A DNA stretch of 64,000 nt, taken from contig NC_069008.1 of assembly GCF_001194135.2 (NCBI RefSeq), positions 14,668,041 through 14,732,040 of the forward strand, read 5' to 3'. This DNA is from Octopus bimaculoides (Eukaryota). Shown here piece by piece: positions 48,516 to 61,479 of the stretch; position 1 is the stretch's first letter, and each line of letters starts with the position of its first letter. Below the pieces are notes generated by a model, which saw only the letters and a list, made by a program, of their open reading frames with translations, did no database searches and was not told the DNA's origin. Both the position numbers and the translations under genes were made by a program.

Positions 48516-49283
48516 ATGGAGAACGTTACACAGACTGGCAGAAATGAGGAACCTATATATAACGAAACATTTTCTAAAGAAAGATCTGGAGAAAAACCAT
48601 ATCATTGTGAAATATGTGGGGAATCTTTCATTTCTCAAAGTAGTTTAAACATGCACAACCGGACTCACACTGGAGAGAAACCTTTCCACTGTGAATTATG
48701 TGGGAAACGTTTTATTGATGTTGCTCATCTAATAAGACACAAACGAACCCACACTGGAGAAAAGCCATATCATTGTGAGATATGTGGGAAATGTTTTATT
48801 GAAAATTCAAAACTTGTGGGACACATACGTAGTCACACTGGAGAAAGGCCATTCCACTGTGAAATTTGTGGGAAATCCTTCTCTGATAATTCTAATCTTG
48901 TTGTCCACAAGCGTATCCACACTGGAGAGAAGCCTTTCCACTGTGAAATTTGCGAGACATCTTTTGGTGATAAAAGTTCTTTAAAGAGACATGTACGTAT
49001 CCACTCTGGGGAAAAACCTTTCCATTGTGAAATATGTGGGAAATCTTTTCTTGATAATGGTAATTTAAGAAAACACATACGTAGACATATAGGAGCAGAA
49101 CCTTTCCACTGTGAAATATGTGGTAAATCTCTCATTAGTAATGCTAGTCTAATTATACATAAAAGAACACACACTGGAGAAAGACCTTTCCACTGTGATA
49201 TATGTGGTAAGTCTTTTTCCAGCAACTATAATTTAAACAGGCACAACAGAACACACTCTGGAGAAGAAACCATAAAATTGTGA
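48516..49283 (+). CDS. Poly-C2H2 zinc-finger protein (ZNF-6), 255 aa, 8 fingers; paralog of ZNF-5 lacking the family first finger
   Basis: MENVTQTGRNEEPIYNETFSKERS joined directly to GEKPYHC; 8 canonical fingers; upstream sequence nearly identical to that of ZNF-5. Confidence 0.92.
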   Translation: MENVTQTGRNEEPIYNETFSKERSGEKPYHCEICGESFISQSSLNMHNRTHTGEKPFHCELCGKRFIDVAHLIRHKRTHTGEKPYHCEICGKCFIENSKLVGHIRSHTGERPFHCEICGKSFSDNSNLVVHKRIHTGEKPFHCEICETSFGDKSSLKRHVRIHSGEKPFHCEICGKSFLDNGNLRKHIRRHIGAEPFHCEICGKSLISNASLIIHKRTHTGERPFHCDICGKSFSSNYNLNRHNRTHSGEETIKL

Positions 49284-49596
49284 AATATGACCTTAATATA
49301 ACATACTGTTGACCGATATCTGATTTAAACTGATCCTTTCCTTAGCTAAAAACTACAAGTAATGTATATATTATATGCTATTCACATAATAAAGAATACA
49401 GACATATTTGTTTAATCAATAATTGTGTTGTTTAATAGTTTGAGACATTTTTTATAAAAGATATATTCTGCTGCAATGATTTAGAATAGTGGGGCTNNNN
49501 NNNNNNNNNNNNNNNNNNNNNNNNNNNNNNNNNNNNNNNNNNNNNNNNNNNNNNNNNNNNNNNNNNNNNNNNNNNNNNNNNNNNNNNNNNNNNNNN

Positions 49597-50789
49597 TCTC
49601 CATATTAATTCTCGAGGAATTCTCAAAAGCTGAAAATTGTCTTTAGATATAATCTACCGTTGCTCACTTCGTCCCTTTCGATATTGCACATCTCTGTTTA
49701 CAAGTGTGGAATATTTCCAAGGCAGACACATTTTCTACTCACTGCTAGAATGTTTCTCGCTGACTGATTTACAATTTAATGATGTTCTGTAGTCCACAAA
49801 TATAAAGCATCCATATACGCGTGATAACAGACATTCTTATGAGATAGGCATTGTTCTACAAGTTACAAAGGAGGGATCAGTCAGGACATCTGTAAATAAG
49901 AGAAGGTATAGTAGTGTAAGATCGATGTAAAGTGAACAATGTTGTTCTAAGGTGACAATCGAAGGAGTGAGTCTTTCTGACTTGAAGAGGAACAGAAAAA
50001 TTAAGAAGGATCAGAGTAAAAGATAATAATTAGTTTCTGGTTAATTAATACGAGATAATTACAATACATGATATAATTAGATTAATTAGCTAAAATAATT
50101 ACAAACATATTCAGAAGGCGGTGTCGTTCACAGTTTTTTTGCTTCGATTGAATGACACCGGTGACAGGTGTAAAGTGTCCCTAACATAATTTAATATATT
50201 CAGAAACAGCTTCATTTTATATTAAATGCCTTTTATAGATAAGATAAAGATCCCCATCGGTCATGAATGAGGTGCAAGTCCGGACAGGGTTGTTTATGGA
50301 AGACCAGCAGCCGTCCATGTATACCAGTCTCCCCTCACTACGCCACTGATGTTGTCCATGGGAAAGGCAATGGCCGATACAGCTTGGCACCAGTAGCGTC
50401 GCAACGTATTTCTACAGCTGAGTGAAATGGAGCAAATGAAATAAATTGTCTTTTTGAAGAACACAACACACAGACTATCGAACTCACTACCTCATGATTT
50501 AATCACTGAGCCATGTACCTTCACTTTATATTAATATGCTCCTTGTATCGAGCCATTGTGAATAAAAAATAAGTTGCAGAAAACTGTGGTATCTTGTATG
50601 TGGTAAATCATCCTGCTGGAAATAGTAGTCAAATCTTCTTCGTATTACACATTAAGCACTTAACAAAAGGAGACGTACAGTAACATATACTTAAGTATAC
50701 AATTAACTTTCGTAAGAAATTTGTATTCAGCCAACGATTGAAATTTGAACAACCACAAGTAAACTACGCACGTATATGAACGAGTGGTA

Positions 50790-50829
<40 letters not shown>
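49597..50829 (-). other. Contig between two 100-N gaps carrying the ZNF-6 upstream region in reverse orientation (probable mis-scaffolding)
   Basis: 49597-49792 is an exact reverse complement of 48327-48522. Confidence 0.75.
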
Positions 50830-52329
50830 NNNNNNNNNNNNNNNNNNNNNNNNNNNNNNNNNNNNNNNNNNNNNNNNNNNNNNNNNNNNNNNNNNNNNNN
50901 NNNNNNNNNNNNNNNNNNNNNNNNNNNNNGTGTATTGCACATAAATTTCGACAAAATCTTTATAGACCTGGTTGAGAACAAGATTGCTACATGAGATGTC
51001 CTGTACCCATGTATGCATGTATATATACATATATATGTAGGCATGTACATGTATGTGTGTATATATGCATATATATATTATTTATATTATTATATATATA
51101 GTGTGTGTCTATACATATGCATGTGTATGTATATATGTATGTATGTGCAGATTTATGTTTTATGTATATAGTTGCATATCTAGACATGCTCATATATATT
51201 TAAATGATAAACTTCTGGAAAATTTTACAAATTTTTACAGTTCCAATGATGGGTTAGATTTGTTGTCTTTCATTCAGCTTTCTCCTTTCTGGTTTTGAGA
51301 AGCCTAATTTCTCAAGATTGGTATTTAGGCAGTGTGTTACATATCCTGGGGCCCCAATGATTATAGGTATAAACNNNNNNNNNNTACATATCCTGGGGCC
51401 CCAATGATTATAGGTATAAACCTGAACTTGTAATCTGGATAGAGTAACTGCAGATTTCTCAATAGTTCAGCATAGGTGTTCTCTTATGTTAACATTTGCT
51501 GGGCAGCTAATTTCCACAGCTGTGCATAGTTTCTCTATGTATGTATGTGTGCAAGTATGTATGTATGTATAATCTCCATTTATTAAATTCACTCTCAAGA
51601 CACTGATTGATCCAGGCTTACAGAAGACAGTTGTGCAAGTCACAGTGCAGTGGGACTGGGCTCACAATAATGTTGGGAAACAAACTTTTCAACACGCTTC
51701 CTCACCATCATCGTCGTCGTTTAACGTCCGCTTTCCATGCTGGCATGGGTTGGAACGGTTTGACTGAGGAATGGTGAGCCAGAAGGCTGCACCAGGCCCC
51801 AATCTGATCTGATAAAGTTTCTACAGCTGGATGGCATTAGGAAGGGCATCCAGTAGGAATTATGTGTACGTGTCTCCTCTATCTACCTCTCTCTCTCTCG
51901 TTGCAAATCAGTAATGTCATGTTGGATTGCACTGTTAACTGTCTTGTGTTCAGACAGTAATACATTACTTGAAGAAGATTTGGTTACTATTTCTACGAAG
52001 TTAATTCTACCACATAGAAGATATCCCATTTTTCTGCAAGTTATTTTGTTGGGTGATGTCAGATTATCTTCTTTATTTCTTTTTATCCATTCACAATGGT
52101 TTGGATGTAACTGGAGGAGTTCCTGAACATATTAAATTATGTTAGGGACACATAAAACCTGTCACAGGTATCATTGAAATGTGGGGAAAACAGTGAACAA
52201 TTCCTCTTTCCAAATATGTTTATAATTATTTCAGCTAATTAATCTAAGTATATCATGTATTGTAATTATCTCGTATCAATTAACCACTAACTAATTATCT
52301 TTTACTCTGATCCTTCTTAATACAAATGT

Positions 52330-52650
52330 GATAAACAACACGTTACATGCGATAAACACATAACAATTTTTAACAGAAAGATTTGGAAGAATTAGATGAA
52401 AGTTCTCCGGTAATTCTTGGCACTAGCATCACCAGTAAATGTTCCCATCACATCTTTTCGTACACATAACATGCCTCTTTTTACATAATTTTCTTTTGGG
52501 TCTAACACCTTTCCCTTGAAAGTATGACACAATATCCTCCTCTGTTTTCAATTTTTCTATCATAGAAGCGAAGTTACTGGAGCTTGCTGCCATAATCACA
52601 CAAATAACCAACACATGTTTCCTTGCCGATAAAAGACTTTTCAAAGACTG
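52330..52650 (-). mobile_element. Possible Merlin/IS1595-like transposase N-terminal fragment
   Basis: MIEKLKTEEDIVSYFQGKGVRPKRKLCKKRHVM..W resembles eukaryotic Merlin N-termini (recalled similarity only). Confidence 0.45.
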
Positions 52651-54344
52651 CTGTCAACATATGCTTCCTCACAGACTTTTCAAAGACTGTTACTATGGCA
52701 ACAGGCAAAGAGTTCTCATGTTCCGCTTGTTACAATTGAAACAGACATGAATGTATCTGTGGCTTACAATTGGCTAAAATTACCAAAATTTTCAAACTTT
52801 AATTACTCTTTATTTATTGATTTATAGTGAAATTACTTCCATGTCATTAATTAGCTTATAAAAGTGTATCATTACACTGACTATGAAATCAATTTGAACA
52901 GAATTGATGTTGGCAGCCAGACAGAAAAGATCTAGTCATTACAATATAGAAAATAACTTCTTATAGTTGTTTGTGTACACAAGATATTTGTAGATCTCCA
53001 CTCTGTTCTGTAGATAGTTTAATCTCTGTAACTGCTAGAGAGAGAGAAAAATAAAATCAGATTTATACCAGTAACAGTTGTATTGTCCCACTCATGATGG
53101 GACATACCTGAAGTGAGGAAAACAGTCATACTCTTGATAGGCCGAATTGCCGAAAAGTGGTAGATATTTTGTTATGTACATATATCATTCTAACTAAACT
53201 AGGCCAAGCCCAAAACAAAAGGTTCTTCCTCTCTAATCAGCTTTGACCCATGAATAACTTGAAAAGATCTAAGAGTTCAACTTATTCTCATTAATCTCTT
53301 AGTGCAAAAAGCAAGAACAATTGGCTGAGGACTTGTTTGAAGCTGTGGATTTGATTGCGAATCCTGGCTCTGAAATTTGATTGCTGTTTATTACAAATCC
53401 ATCTGCTGATGTGCAAAAGTACTGCACGAGTAAGACAAAATTAACTTTTGAATTAGAAGCAGATCTAAAAATGTCATTACTGGTATCACATATATAATGT
53501 ATGTGCTCTGTTTGAACACATATCAGCTGTGAAATTTCATCCAGGGAAAGTCCTTTTATAATGATGAATGTTAAAAAAACACTACCTCAAGACCAGGCAA
53601 AACAAATTGGTCTGCAGGTAAACAAGAAAGGTGGTTATTGATATTTTGCTATTATTTCAGCTCATCAGCACCGTATAATCAAGTCGACATTGAAGTCTAT
53701 TCAAATCACTGATATGAGGTTTATATGCAAATAACATAAAATCTATCTGCTCATGAGCAACCAGCCACAGACTTTGCTGTATTACAGGCAGCTATAATAC
53801 TTAACACATATCTTGATTAGGATTTCTTAACTTTCAGTCAATGAACATTATATTCTCAAAATGTGGAATATTTGGTGAGCAAGTTATAAAGATAGTATTA
53901 AGTTTATCACAGACACCAAGATTAAACTGGCCCTTAAAGATTGAATAGATATTAAGAATCCCTGTGGTACTGGGGGTGAAATTGTTATGAACATTAGTCC
54001 CTTATGCAGATCAAGTAACCCTTGGTTCTGCTGCCAACCCCAATAGGTTGCTGGGGATATGGACTCACCACTGTGATTGTCAAACCTCCAAGGGAGGTGG
54101 GTGTGAAAACAAGGTCCATCAGTCTCTGCAGGAACCCTGAGCCTGTTTATTGTGGGGTGATTGTCCTGCTTCCACTTGGGGTGTGGCCCGATACACAGAC
54201 CATAGCCCTCTGGGTGACGACTCAAAAACCTTACCCCACCTCTTAAGCTGAATGATCCATTCTGGAGGTAAGTGGAGGTGATTTAGTATGTGCCTCCCTT
54301 CTCTTTGAATGTCAAAACCAAAATCCCTAGAATCTTTTTCAGAT

Positions 54345-54770
54345 CCTCAAGAAAGCATTTCCGCCCACATCATAGATATCATAGTATCTTGAACAAGATA
54401 GTGTTCCAGGATTGAGACATTCGAACTGACACAGAAATGATGGTATACAAGGCAGTGATCATCCCCACACTCTGATATGCATCCAAGACCTGGAATACAT
54501 GCAGAAGACACATAAAAGCTTTTGAAAGGTACCACCAATACTGCCTTTGAAGTATTCTCAAAATTAGCTGGGAAGAAAGGTCAAGCATGAGCATGTCAGA
54601 AGAAGCCATTGAAGTTATCATCGTCCAGAAACATCTGAGATGGACTGGTCATGTTGTTCAGATCAAAAGCAACCATCTAGCAAAGTGGCTTGGTTCTCCC
54701 ACCTAAAAGAAGGAAAAGGAAGAAGAGGGGAAAAAAATTATTCAAAGATGTTGTGAAAACCAACTTCCAA
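54345..54770 (+). mobile_element. RTE-clade LINE remnant
   Basis: MMVYKAVIIPTL*YASKTW...FERYHQYCL*SILKISW...LRWTGHVVQI. Confidence 0.7.
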
Positions 54771-56524
54771 AAACATGATATTAGTTTCAAATTTTGGCAC
54801 AAGACCAGTAATTTTAGGGGTTGGGGTTAAGTCGATTACATCAATCCCAGTGATCAAGTGGTATTTATTTTATCAATCCCAAAAAGATGAAAGGCAAAGT
54901 CAACTTCAGTGGAATTTGAACTCAGAACGTAAAGACAGACAGAATACCACTAAGCATTTCGTCTGGTGTGCTAATGATTCAGTCAGCTCCTTGCCTTATT
55001 TTAAGTGGCCATCAAGCTGCTACTGAGAATCGAACCTTGTATCAAGGAATGTAACACAGGTTTCTAATTTTGGCACAAGGCCTGCAGTTTAGGGGAAGGG
55101 AATAAGTTCATTACATTGACTCCAGTACTCAACAGGGATTTATTTTATCAAGTCAAGAAGAGTATGAAAGACAAAGTCGACCTCTGCAGCATTTGAACTC
55201 AGAACGTGAAGACGAGACAAAATGCTGTTTAGCGTTTTGCCTGACATGATATTAATTCGGCCAGCTTGGCACCTTCAAGAATTTTAATATCAGTTTCTAA
55301 TTTTGGCACAAGACCAGTAAGTTTGGGAAAGACGAGGAGTCAGTTGATTACATTGACCCCAGCACTCAACTTGTTTATCACAGACACCGAGATTAAATCG
55401 GCCCTTTAAGATTATATAGGTATTAAGAATCCTTATGGTACTACTGGGGGGGGGGGGTGAAATTGATATGAACATTAGTCCCTAATGCAGATCAAGTAAC
55501 CCCTGGTTCTGCTGCCAACCCCTATAGGTTGCTGGGGATATGGGTCCAAAATGATGAAAGGTAAAGTTGACCTTGGCATAATTTGAACCCAAAATGTGAA
55601 GACAGCAAGCAAACAATTCTGCCTGCTCACTACCTTTCCAAGAAATGTTATAATAGTTTCAAATATTGGCACAAGGCCAGCAACTTTGGGGAAGAGTTTA
55701 CATTGATTATGTCGATCTCAGTATTCGACTGGTATTTATTCTATTGAAAATACGATATTGATATCAGATCAAAAAGGCAATGACCAGGCGAAATGCTTAG
55801 CAGTAATTCTTCTTCCTTTTGAGTTCAAATTCCGCCGAGGTTGACTTTGCCGTTCATCCTTTCGGGGTTGGTAAATTAAGTACCAGTTACATACTGGGTC
55901 GATCTAATCGACTGCCCCCCTCCCCCAAAATTTCAGGCTTTGTCTATAGGAGGAAAAAATATTGATATAGAGAACTAGCAGAGAAAATACTTAGGATTGG
56001 GAACACTGGAGACCTATTACCAATGAAGGACTAACAACTTTTGAGACCAGTAGGACTGCCGAACAAGAAGAGAAAACAGGAGGCACAGAAAAGATAGACA
56101 AAAATAACCAAAAAGGGACCTTCCATCTTGAACCACCTGTCAAGAAAGAAATGGACTCATCTGTCACTTCAGAATCCATCAATAACTGGAAAAAAAAAAG
56201 AACAGAGACCATCGTCCTCAATCTCGAGGACTAGCCATGACCTAAGGTCATCAACTATACCAAGGCTCCGAATGTGGAAACTATTATAGCTGCCTCTCTT
56301 ATACAGACTGTCGCTCTCTGTGCTAGATATAGCAACCAAATCTTCCTCAAATCACCCCGTGTTTTTATAATAAAGGAAAACAGACAAGATTTGGATGTTT
56401 TATATAAAATGTCAGGACGGTCACGTCTGGAACACACTTGGACCATAAGTCTGCGCGGTAAGGATTGACGTTTGGCTAAACAGCAACATATTTACATGCA
56501 CACAAACACACACACACACACACA

Positions 56525-56726
56525 CATGAGGGGTTGATGAAAAGTTCCCGGCTTTACGAGAGTCGTGAAAGGCCTGGCTGGAGGCCCAACCTTCCGAGTT
56601 CTTTTACAGATCTTAGAAAACATGAAGGATCGCTGAGTGGGGAATATGTTAAATAAAATCATAATTAACTGATCCCCCTGTATTTTCTTTTACTCAAAGC
56701 CAGGAACTTTTCAGCATGTCCTCGTA
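56525..56726. mobile_element. About 200-bp mariner-type MITE family (also 30546-30744, about 19631-19830, about 15830-16012)
   Basis: Ends tgagggg..tgaaaagttcc / ggaacttttcagca..ctcgta with shared interior. Confidence 0.75.
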
Positions 56727-57061
56727 TACACACACACATACATAGCGAGAGAAAGAGACTGATGCATATATATATACATTTACGTTCATATATACATATA
56801 TACACACATACATAGACATGCAAACACAAATACATACGTGTACACACATACATAACACACCCGCGCGCGTGTTCAAGAGTCTATAATTTCCAGTATTGTT
56901 GGAATAATACTGATTCGATGAATTATTTCATATATTATATAATATTCCACCAATAAACTTCTGGTAAAGTGTTGATGAATAATTATGTAATGAGATGCGT
57001 TGCTCACTCGATTCTCCGTTAGTGTTTATATATATATATATATATATTTACATATACATAT

Positions 57062-57096
<35 letters not shown>

Positions 57097-57619
57097 CCAT
57101 ACACACACACACAAGTAAAAACGCCGAAGTAGCCTGTGTGTGTGGCCTCTTAGCTTACTAGAAATAATAGCTAAAATTTTAATACACCCGGTTTAAAAAG
57201 GGACTCGTTAGAAAATAGAATCCTGGGTTTTCAAGCACTTAGGTAAAAGAAAAAACGTGACGGTCACTGTTGGAACGCTTTTCATTATAGATATGCGCGA
57301 TCACGGTTGACCTGGGGCTGAACAACTACAACGCCATGAAGAATTATAAATAAATATTGTCGTCTGTATATTTAATATGGATAAGGATAGCGTAGATATG
57401 AAAAATATTTCATTGAATCACGTTGGAGAAGGTTAAATACTCGTTTCATTTAGAAATTGGAAGTGTTTGTCTTGAAATGAGAAAAAAAAAAAAAAAAGAA
57501 CCGCCGCCATAGGAAAAGCAGCCGGTCGTAGACAAAAGACAAGGCGAAGCCATGTGAAAAATATACAGAAATAACAAATGCGGACGTTAGAAACCAGGAT
57601 TAGGTGCTTCCATAGATGT

Positions 57620-57985
57620 ATTTCCTGCTGGCTGCTGTTGTTGCTGCTGGTGCTGCTAAGCCTGGCTTTTGTTGTTTGTTGTCGCGTTTTTATTACTGTT
57701 GCGGCGGCGGTGCTGTTGTTGAGATGATGATGGTGGTGATGATGGCGGCGTTAGTAATGCTTGTTGTTCTTGTGGTGGTGATGGCGTTGGGGGATACGGT
57801 AGTAGTTTTAGTGGTCGTAGTAATGACAGTGATTATAGCGGTGGTGATGATGACGGCGTCAGTGAATGCAGTAGTAGTAATAATATGTGCAGTGAGGGTT
57901 GTGACGATGGTGGTGGATGGCGGCTGTCATTGTAATAGTAGCAGTAACAGTAATGGAGATAATGGTGGTGGTGCTGGTACCATTT
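57620..57985. repeat. Trinucleotide low-complexity tract (GTG/GAT/GTT/GTA)
   Basis: Direct inspection. Confidence 0.85.
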
Positions 57986-58304
57986 ATTCCCAGGTTCAAA
58001 TGTAACAATAAGCAGCAGAAAGAAATCACTCTTCCTTCCTGAATCTCTCTCTCTCTCTCTCTCTCACCAACAAAGTCAGACAGAAATGTGTGTGTGTGTG
58101 TGTACAACGGCGGCATTGTTCCAGATGTTGAATTATGTCATCCTTGTTATTCTTTCATTATTTTACATTGTTTTAGTTAGTTAAACTGCAGCCATGCTGG
58201 GGCACCGCCTTGATGGATTTTAATCAACAAACCAGCGCCAGTTGTCAAATGGTGTGGACAATAAACACACACACATACCCACTTGCATAATGTTCCCTCA
58301 CCAC

Positions 58305-58704
58305 CAGGGCTGGATTAAAACCCATCGAAACCCTAAGCACTTAGATTTTGGTATACCCATAAAAGATTATGTAATTCAAAATATAAACAATAACAAACCA
58401 TAGAATAAATTCTTATTTTTCAAAACGAAACAAAACAATAAGAGGGAAAATAATGTTTATTTCTGTGTACAACCACTTCATTTATATTTGAAAAGTTTCC
58501 TCCTACGTTTTTGAATTGCAAAGTCTTTGATTAGATCCTCAAAATTAATCTTAGGTAACACATCTGAATCTATACTTAATAGAGATAAATGCATCCTGAA
58601 TATTATTTTTGTGCTGTAAACCATTTACCATTTCTGCGGTGCCCCCTCCCTCCCTTGATGCCCTAAGCACGTGCTTATTTTGCTTAATGGTTAATCCAGC
58701 ACTG
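58305..58704. mobile_element. hAT-like MITE; second copy at 577-952 inserted in a SINE
   Basis: TIRs cagggctggattaa / ttaatccagcactg; the two copies align along their length; decayed 8-bp TSD at the 577 copy (catcagtc / ggtcaatc). Confidence 0.75.
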
Positions 58705-61479
58705 CACACTATCCTTCAATGTTCCTTGAGAATATGCCCCAGAACATCTTTGCCACCATCTCTTTAACATTGCTCTCCTTATCTTATTCTCTAACTCATT
58801 CTCCATTCTTTTTCCAACTGGAGTATCCATGTATCCTATTTTGCAGCAAGACACTTATCTCTGTCTCTCTATCACTTTAATCTCTTAACTGGCACAAAAC
58901 CACATGCTCAAAATGATTCCTCCCCTCCCCAGTTGAGGGGCTATTTTGAACCCTGTTGGTGATAGTGCCACATAAAAAGCACCGAGTACCATTCTGTAAA
59001 GTGGTTGGCATTAGGAAGGGCATCCAGCTGTAGAAACCATGCCAGAACAGGCAAATGAAGCCAGGTGTAGCTCCCAGCCTTGCCACCTCCCATCAAGCCA
59101 TCTAACCCATGCCAGTATTGAAAAGTGGATGTTAGATAATGATGATGATGATGATGATGTTGATGGTGATGAGGATGATGACGACGACAATGATGACGGT
59201 GATGATGATGTTTGTGTATATGCTTAAAGGCACCAGAGATGCTGTGGTTAAGAAGTTCACTTTGCAATCAAGTTTAACTGAGTAAATAGGATCTGGAGAG
59301 ATGAACAGATTCTTTGTTCTTGTGTCTGGATTGCAAGATTCTTGATGTGGATTCATGTGTTGAAACAAATTTTGAAACGCAAATCGCAATGAAAGAGCTT
59401 TGATAAAAAAAAAAAATAAGGAAACAAACAAAAACAAAACAAACACCTTACTGTTTAACTAAATTAAACCAAAAATTAATTAGTTAGTTGGATATTTAAC
59501 CAATTGGCTGCTAATGATTTCAAATTTTGCCAGAAAGGCAGCAATTTTGGGGGTGGGGATGAATCGATTACATTGATCCCACTGTCACAACTGGTATTTA
59601 TTTTATTGACCCTGAAAGGATGAAAGGCAAAGTCGACCCTGGTGCAATTTGAACCGAGAATGTAGCAATAGGCAAAATACTGCTTAGCATTCCGTCCAAC
59701 ATGCTAATGATTCTGCTAGCTTGCTGCTTTAACCAATTGACTAACAATAAACGAGTAAAACTGAACTAGTGTGTGTGTGTTAATAATATGGCATAATGAC
59801 TCTCCGTAGAGAACAAAACTAATTCTTTGCCTGAGATTAAAGAAATCTTACAGGAACTTCATAAGAGCTGAATTGGTAGCATTGTTAGAACATGGAATGA
59901 ATTGGTTTGCAGCATTTGTTCCAACTTTCTACATTATGAGTTCAAATTCTGCCGAAGTCAACTTTGTCTTTCATCCTATCAGGGTTGATAAAAAAAGTAC
60001 CAAAACATAATATTGTGGTGGAATTGTTGAAACTGTGAGAGGGTTCTGCAAGATTGCTTTTCTTTGTTTTATCATTTACTCTTCTGGCTTTTAAACTAGT
60101 CATATCCAGCCCAATCATTTTACCTGTTTTATGTTGAAACTAAACAGATTTAGCCTCTCACACTTGCCCTACAAAGTCATTTTTACAAAATAAAGTCACA
60201 CCATTGAAACCAATATATATATATATATATATACGATGGGCTTCTTTCATTTTCCATCCACCAAATCCACTCACAAGGTTTTGGTCTGCCCGAGGCTATA
60301 GTAGAAGACACTTGCCCAAAGTACCATGCAGAGGAATTGAACCCAGAACCACGTGGTTAGTAAGCAAGCTACTTACCACACTGTCACTCCTGCACCTAAG
60401 CATGTAAGTAAAAATTTATTTCTAATATTTTATCACAGTTATTTTATACAAAAAAATCTACCAGTAAACTCTTTTAATAAGTACTGAGTACAGAAAAAGT
60501 ACATTATTGATTAAGAGGAAAAAAAATTTTTTTACACTTCCTTGTTCCACTAAAAATAGATTTTGGGTCCTCTGCCCCACAACAGTTTTCACAGGCCTCA
60601 CTAGTGGGGCATGTGCTCCACATTGGAAAAACTACTCTAAATGATTAGTAATTGATTCAAGCAGTGATAATGCAGAGTTTTCTCAAATCCTGCTTTATCA
60701 TTCTTTGGTTTTGCTGATGGCAAGGGACTCCCTTACATGCTGGTCGCTTGGAAAATGTACCAGTACACTCTGTAAAGTGGCTCATGTTAGATGTAGAAAC
60801 CATGGGGAAAAATGAGAGATAAGAGAAACATGTGACCCTCCACCGCCTGTTGGAATCTTGTCAAACTGTCCTATTCATGCCAGCAGTAGTAGACCTAAGT
60901 ATACTTTTACTGAATAAAAGATGAGATAGTTATGGTAGGAAGCTCTTTAAATCAGAGGTCTCTCAGATAGAGACTGACCTAGGGCTAAACAACAAAGGAC
61001 ACATTAGATTATGTAGTCCTAGATACATTATGTCTGAATAAAAGATGGAGTGGTTATAGATCAAGACTGAACAAGAGCTAAACAGTAATATCAATAAGGA
61101 GGGACAGGTTTGGTAATGTAGTCCAAGATACACTAAGCCTGGATGGAAGACAGAACGATAGTAGCTGGAACACCTTTTGATCATAGGTCTGCTGGATCAG
61201 GACTGACCAGGGGTTAAACAACCACAACAAGGAAGGTTGCGTTGAGTATATTAGTCCTAATATGGCTGAAATACCCTTTGTTCGTAGGTCTACAGGATCA
61301 ACAGTGACCTGGGGTTATACAACAACAACCACAGCAGCAGCGGCAGCGTCTCCCCTTTTCACACCTAGCCCTAGAGGTCGCCACCAGTCGATAGAACGGT
61401 TAACAGAACGAGAAAGCGTCATCATCATCATAATGATCATATCTGGACATAATCAGCAGTAGCCAGTTCTTGTCTGACC

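Noticed and set aside
51338-51421. 37-bp perfect direct repeat
   Set aside because: It flanks a 10-N gap exactly; an unmerged contig overlap.
52689-52702. RFX X-box-like GTTACTATGGCAAC
   Set aside because: Single occurrence next to a putative transposon fragment, with no linked gene.
57616-58005. 129-aa hydrophobic Val/Met-rich ORF
   Set aside because: Trinucleotide low-complexity tract; no splice or domain support.
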